A DNA stretch of 64,000 bases from Octopus sinensis (taxonomy: Eukaryota): positions 1,426,001 through 1,490,000 of the forward strand of contig NC_042997.1 of the NCBI RefSeq assembly GCF_006345805.1, given 5' to 3'. Of the stretch, positions 56,886-64,000 are shown piece after piece (within the stretch, counting starts at the first letter, position 1; the number at the start of each line of letters is the position of its first letter). The translations under genes and the position numbers were made by a program. The notes under the pieces were generated by a model. The model worked only from the letters and a program-made list of their open reading frames with translations, searched no databases and was not told where the DNA came from.

Positions 56886-57545
56886 GCTCTTCGCGACACA
56901 AATAACACGAATAACACCTACATATACACCTCCATGACTTACTCCTCTATATCTCATCTCATCACTTTACAAGATAAATATAATTTCTTTAATTTATTTC
57001 TAAACCTTAACCTAATAAATCCTCTAATGTTTAATTCTAACTTCTACTCCTAAATAATTTAACACTCAACTAGTCTCTACATTCACGACTACCTACATAC
57101 CCATATAACTCTACAAACACTAACCTTAGTCAGAACGGACACAAGCATTTACTACTAGATTTCCTCCACAATCCATACAGAATAGAAGAATACTATTGGC
57201 TCCTATAAATCTCTTTAAATTCCTTTCACTTTGATCCAATTTATTATTTTTTTTTACATTAGTTTCCTTTACATCCTCTGTCTCTCATTTTCCCTATCTG
57301 TGTCCGATGATGGAATATCCCATACTCAGAGATATTTCAGAAACAACTTTAAGATTTTGCATCTTTTTTCCAATAATAATAATGTATATATCATTTGAGA
57401 GTATTGTCTTGCTAACGTTTGTTGCCTTCTTTAACAATTATATATATAAATTAACAATAATAAGGGTAAAAACCATTAATGATTTCACCAAGAGCTCAGC
57501 ACGGAAATAAAAACCTTATAAGTAAATTTTACAAATATTTTAATA
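56886..57545 (+). mobile_element. PLE-like terminal region with an HHR-like motif (family H5)
   Basis: 57304-57351: CCGAUGA-UGGAAUAUC(11 nt)GAUAUUUCA-GAAA-CAACUUUA, with a 9-bp stem II and weak stems I and III. Confidence 0.55.
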
Positions 57546-57555
57546 ATTATACACA

Positions 57556-58104
57556 TAATTATAACAATGGAATGGCTACAAGTCTCTCTGTGCGCTAGGA
57601 AAATACACGCCTAAAGACGCTATTGCTATAAGAATTTTATTTCCGCGCTGGCCTCCTCGGTAAAATCGTTAACGATTTTTCCCTTATTATAATTAATATT
57701 TGAAAAATTTACCCACTGATCAAAACTGCATTCACTGCAGAATTTGTTTTAATATACTACACGTGGTTGAAAGGGGAGATGAACATTCTATTTTACTGTA
57801 TATTTCTACGAGAGTGTATATATATTACTGTACGAAGTCGCTGCTCCTATACCTATGTGTAGGTACTCGTGACTATATGCTATAGAATATCGTTACTGAT
57901 TAGAGCAGTAGGTATAATGTTTTTATCTTAATCCTGAAACAGGTTCTTGTACACGGTTAACCTAAAGTTTAGTTCATTATCTTTCTTCTGCCCGACTACA
58001 GCCTGTGTTTTATTTTTCGGAATTGTTGAGGTAGTAATAACGTCTTTAGGCGTCTATTTTTCTAGAGTGTGGAGAGGGTTATAGCTAATCCTTTGTTATA
58101 ATTA
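57556..58104. mobile_element. MITE-like or fold-back element, ~550 bp, with 73-bp imperfect terminal inverted repeats
   Basis: TAATTATAACAATGGAATGGCTA...ACGCCTAAAGACGCTATTGCTA (57556-57628) versus its inverse at 58032-58104. Confidence 0.7.
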
Positions 58105-58121
58105 TATATATATATATATAT

Positions 58122-58322
58122 AATTTTTTTAAGAATAAGATAAAAAAAAGAAGGCTGTGAAGATTTTAGAACATTTATAATTAGAAGGTCTTAGAGCTGT
58201 TACCGGGACAATTTTACGTCCCTTCATCGGAGAAGGTGTGAGAAAATAGTTAAGCAATAGTTAATCTAACTAAGATATGTAATAGAGAGTGAGGTGGAGG
58301 AATAAAAATAGATGTGAGATAT
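58122..58322 (-). mobile_element. Family H4 HHR repeat (copy 3)
   Basis: 58188-58234 (-): UUCU-CCGAUGA-A-GGGAC(GUAAAAUU)GUCCC-G-GUAA-CAGCUCUA-AGAC. Flanks match 51360-51560. Confidence 0.72.
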
Positions 58323-59455
58323 GCAGGGATATTGCATTTGTAGATCCATTATTTAGGCAGAATGGTATACAAATAAGATCCCAATACGCTGTGAGTAAAT
58401 TTGAAACATTGCGAGTTCTGGAAAAAAGGATTCCCCCTCGAAAATAATTGTGTTAAAATACTTACTGAAAAGTTGTTCCCAATCAGCTTCCACACACACC
58501 GACCCACACACATATAAATACATAAATATATATCAGTTTACATATGTGTGTGAACGTCTGATTGTTTAGCGTGTGTAAGTTTTGCTGTTTCTTTGCATGT
58601 GAGAGTGCGAGATTAGGTGCAGACCCGCCAAGCATAGTATTCTATGAAATAGTAATTTAAAGTTTAATGTTTTTATTTGCTATTTTTCATGTTTATTAAT
58701 TTACCCTCCATCTCCTATTAGGTACATTAGTGCTCTTAAATCCGTTAGTACATCGAAGATTCAAATCTATAGCAGCTTTAAACATGAAGAAAAAAATAAG
58801 TTTGTAGAATAGTATTTTCAATTGTTTAGCATTGAATCGCAAAGGTCACAACTGTTCTAAAAACTGAAAGACGTATTTAAATTGCATTGAGCTGTTACGT
58901 AGATATCACAGTCGATTTAATGTGTTCTGTGTCTAGCTTTTAATATATAATTTTCAATTAGAAAACAGTATTAAACATAATCAACACTTTGCGGTATTCT
59001 ATACTTATTCAATAAGTTATTAACTATTGTGTTCTTATAAGGTTATATTGCGTGTATTGTATTATAGCTTGTAACGAATATTTCTTTCTACTTTTTAAAA
59101 TGTATAGTTCAAAAATGGAGGGAAAAATATTTATTAATATGATGACTGTTTTTGAAACATGCGATACAATAAGGAGTTCATTTTCGGGATGGCACTTTCA
59201 TACCTTCGAAACGCTAATGAGGATAGAAATGATAATACTCGAAAAAGAAATATAAAAATAACTACCACTATAGGTCAAATATGAAAGGTCTTGTCTTTAA
59301 AATCATGCAAACACATGTACACATGCGCACGCAGGCACACACTCACACACAGACACAGACACACAAACAAATACATACATATTTATATATATACGTTTAT
59401 ATTATACATCTCTCTGCATATATCATATATACCTATATATATATATATATATATA

Positions 59456-59499
<44 letters not shown>

Positions 59500-59968
59500 T
59501 ACATCTACACCATTGGAAATTGTGCATCTATACAAAGGATTAATTCACCCTCTCTATAATGCTAATAAGCAGGAATTGAGACCCACCTCGTTGTGATTAA
59601 CAATGGATAAATTTGTCTTCTGTGAGTATGTAATCCCTCATCATATCTCTGGAAATTCATATGTGCACTATGGATTAGATCACCCTCTCTGTGATGCTAT
59701 TAAAACTTTTAAAATTCTGTGATAAGACTGTACATCATCTTTAAAGAACTTTAATGAACTTTGGAAATCTGTTTATGTTACTTAATTATCTACATTACTT
59801 CATGAGTATAGCCTCAACCACTAGGATGTCTAGAGAACTCACATGTATTTTAGCCGATGAGTACGGGACCCGTTTATATGCTGTAATTTTTGCAACTTTT
59901 AATAAAGCCTGTCCTTGTATGAAACGATTGTACTAAAATCTATCCATTCTTGTTGCTTCTTTCTCGCG

Positions 59969-60001
<33 letters not shown>

Positions 60002-60659
60002 TCATATATATACACATATGCACATGCTCACACACATATATGTCGATATATACATTGCTGCGTGGATGGAAGTATATTTCCATTTGTATCGTTCATTTCT
60101 ACAGGAGAACTTTAAAAAAAAAACTGTACGTAAACTTTGCTATCTGGTGAAGCACTCAAATATTATTAATTACGAATGTCAATAACTTTCCAAGAACATA
60201 TAAGCCTCAAAAATATATATATGAAAACAAAGAAATGAAATACAGCTGCGGGTGAAAAAATTTGAGTAAATGATAATGGCGAAGTAAATAGAAGTAAGCG
60301 GCCTTATAAATTTAGTTAAAATCTCAAACTAATGTTACAGACAGGAAATAAACATATATCTTAGAATATACGTATGACAGTAGTGACATTTCAAGTAGAA
60401 ATAGAGGTATGTAAAAGCATTAGCATTGTTTAACGATAGATTCGTTTATATGGTGTGTCTGTAGCTGTATGTTTCATGTGTCTGTTAGATTAAAAGGTGT
60501 ATACTAATATGTACATGTTTACGAATAATCTATATAATTTACAAGATAGCATAGTAATCAGTGCATAGTATGTTGCTCTTCGGTGTTATACCAATCTTAT
60601 CATATTTGTTAATAGTTTACGCGTTGTTGTTGATTGTCTTCATGTAGATGTATTTACTT

Positions 60660-60904
<245 letters not shown>

Positions 60905-60908
<4 letters not shown>

Positions 60909-61586
60909 GATATACTATTGACAATCTAATGATTGATTTATATCACAATATTACTTTAAATACTATGAATATAATATAACATAACAATATTATATAACAT
61001 AAATAATTATAAAAAACATAAAAGGCCAACAATTTCTTTCGACATGTGTATATTTTTTTCTGAGATACTTAATCGCAGTTCCATTATATATAAAGTCAAT
61101 TCAGTGTCTTTGTTCAGAAAAAGACGAAATTCCAGGTGAAACGACAGCTGCATTGCAAAAAATAATTCAAATATTTATGTTATGAGCGTGAGCGTCAACT
61201 ACTCAGTGATACTCTAATTACAATCATAAAAAAACAACAAAAACAGTTTAATGTATGTTACAATCAAGTAAGAGCAACCATCGAAATTCACATCTTTACA
61301 TCTCAAACACTTACCAATTGAAATCCTTTCATGCCCAAGATAGTCACTTGTCACCACAACATACAACAATAAGATATGCGTCTATATAAATGTATACAAT
61401 TAAGTATCTAAGTCTTCTCTTATGTATAACTGCAACAAACAAATATAAACAATTACATCATGAACGCAATCATCTTTTATTTATTGAAATCAATTTATAT
61501 TTAAAAAGTGATTGTCTAAATCAACTAATAATGATCATCTACATTTATTATTTTCTGAGAGGAAATCTCTATATTTATTTTATCTT

Positions 61587-61655
<69 letters not shown>

Positions 61656-61880
61656 TAACTACATGATCACAATCAACAACAATGCATAAACTACTAACAA
61701 ATATGTTAAGAAAGATATGACAGCGAAACAATATATAAGTCGAAATATTTGTTGGCCTTTTTATGGTTTTATATTTGTATATGTTATATGATATTATGTT
61801 ATATTATAATATATTCATAGTATTTAATGTCATATTATAATATAAATATATTATTGAAATGTGAATAGTATATCTCTCTT
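60905..61880. mobile_element. ~975-bp element with ~150-bp AT-rich inverted termini
   Basis: ...TAAATACTATGAATATA...CATAAAAGGCCAACAA..TTTCGAC (60905-61055) versus GTCGAAAT..TTGTTGGCCTTTTATG...TATATTCATAGTATTTAA (61730-61880). Confidence 0.7.
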
Positions 61881-62002
61881 TTTAATTTATCGTTATATTT
61901 TAATTATACCAATATTTATATGGTATCCAACTGACGTACCCGTGAATTTGATGTTTAACACACTCCTTTGAAGGATTTCTTTTTTCCTCAGTTTGATAAT
62001 TT

Positions 62003-62081
<79 letters not shown>

Positions 62082-62083
<2 letters not shown>

Positions 62084-62212
62084 AAGATAAGCAACAAGGA
62101 TATCCAAGGTAGTATATTACAATCGTTTCATGCTACTTCATTTTATTAAACAATGAATTGGCATGACACCATTGTACTACACTACCTTGGATATCTTTGT
62201 TGCTTATTTTGA
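62082..62212. repeat. 131-bp hairpin (61-bp arms, 9-nt loop) beside (TG)n
   Basis: TCAAGATAAGCAACAAGGATATCCAAGGTAGT...CTTCATT and AATGAATT...ACTACCTTGGATATCTTTGTTGCTTATTTTGA. Confidence 0.85.
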
Positions 62213-64000
62213 TTATAATCACCCCATTTGATTTATATGGATGATACCATACCAAATTCTGGTGCCATTTAACTTAAGTACCATATTCATCTGAATCTAA
62301 ATTTTGCTGTATATGTATATATATTTCGTCTCACGACGAACAAGCCGCTACCTCTACAACACCTCTTTACGTTGCACTCATAGAATTTCATATTGGTTCG
62401 CTCAGTTTAACACATAACATGGAAAATTGATATTATTTTTATGATCATTGTTATAGCAACTTACATCATCGTATACAAATATCAGTTAATATTTCTAATT
62501 CTATATAATTTCCTTTCCAATTTACTTAGATTGCGGCAGTAGCTCATTTACCTTATTTAACGCATTATTGAGAAATGCATACTGTAATCACGAAATCCCA
62601 GATTGGATGCCAAGAAGCGATGCTTTCAATTGCAGGCATCAGATAGTCATCTATGTGAATGAAAATGGATTGGCTGTGAACTAGCTTATCAGATGAGGTT
62701 TGTTTAACACGATGAATTAGAATCAAGAGGGAATTGAGAGACGTCTATTCTGTTGCAAGCATTCCAACAGACCTACACTCCGAGAATAACTCAATAGAGT
62801 AATGCAACAACAACCCTGCTAACCAGCATCTGTAACCTCAAATTCATGAACATTGTGCTTTTTATTTCGTCCTCGTCATAAACAAAAAAACATATATTCA
62901 AGTTGAACAGAAAAGTTAACTAAAATTTTCAATTTCATCGCACTGAAATCTTTACTGCTTAATGAAGAAGTATTTTTTTTTATTTATAATTATCAATGAC
63001 CGGAACTAAAGATCATGTTTTTCAATTTAGATGGAAACATTTACTCGGTTTGCTCACTACATCAAATGCCAGATAGAAAGTCGATAGGTACATGGGTCGT
63101 TTTGTTTATCTACACACAACTTTGAATATATAACAGTGTTAAGTACAAAATGTTTATTTACAACCGTGCTTAGTATATAAATAAAGGGTTGCTTAGACAA
63201 TATTGGGGTAATATTCTGATCTCACACTTTGTCAATCGAGATTGTGGGATATTAATTACGCTGTGAGATGCATTACTATCCATTTCTTTAAAACTCGTAC
63301 CAATCATTAGTTTCTGCTATACTAAACATTTTATCATATCTGTATACCATAATTCGTAAGTTACGTAACAGGTGCAAAGTTTCATGTTTGCATAGTGATT
63401 AAATGTGGGTTGTGTAGTATGTGTGCTGTAGCCAGTAAAGGTGTACAGTAGAGTAGAAAACAGGACATAGTTCTCTATGTTTGTTCATGCTCTTCTAAAA
63501 TATGACCAAAACAGGGATTATTAGTGACGCCGCTAATATTTACTATTGTAAAGGTACCACTGCTAATTGCATGCCATTTGAATTGTGATACAAATGAAGG
63601 TTGGAGTAAGTAATTTCCATGAAAACACATGTTTAAACTTGTGCTGCCAATAGTATACATAAAAACTTTTTGTCGTAATACAAATATTTGATTCCCGGAA
63701 AATGTTTTTTCCTCGAAACAATTTATACCGTCCAAAAGATAAAATGCAAAAATAATTGGATTTCGCAAAGGTGATCAAATTTAAACGCATGACAAATGCT
63801 TCCGGGAGGAATGGCAAATAACTTCCTATATATACTACTAACTTTTTTCTTTCCAGACACGACTAATCAACAAACACCTGCTCTCTTTATTTAAACATCA
63901 CACCATTAAATTTCTGTAGCATATTCAAATTATAAACACTCAAACATGCGATATACACTTTCAATAGTATTTTGATCAAACAACAGAACACAGATTTTGG

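Noticed and set aside
62605-62621. U2 snRNA-like start (ATCGCTTCT, minus strand)
   Set aside because: The match ends after about 9-12 nt.

Overview
AT-rich, repeat-saturated eukaryotic (intergenic or intronic) DNA with no host protein-coding exon I can support. The SINE families and microsatellite load look like an octopus genome (inference from remembered repeat consensus, not a search). Contents: a full-length degenerate mariner, a truncated mariner joined to a 5S rRNA copy and a tRNA-SINE, a maT/Tc1-like fragment, two hAT remnants, a short Helitron, a CR1-group LINE, several R4/Dong-like LINE pieces in (TAA)n arrays, an L1/Tx1 remnant with scrambled inversions, two tRNA-SINE groups and many microsatellites. 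The main signal is about a dozen minimal type I hammerhead-ribozyme (HHR) motifs from at least six repeat families, often in fold-back elements beside (TA)n. The best case is a 363-bp unit (36455-36853) bounded by a perfect 36-bp direct repeat. It is densely self-complementary and carries an HHR with a compensatory U3-A8 core, like an integrated retrozyme or viroid-like circular RNA. Most ORFs in the supplied track are microsatellite or antisense artefacts.
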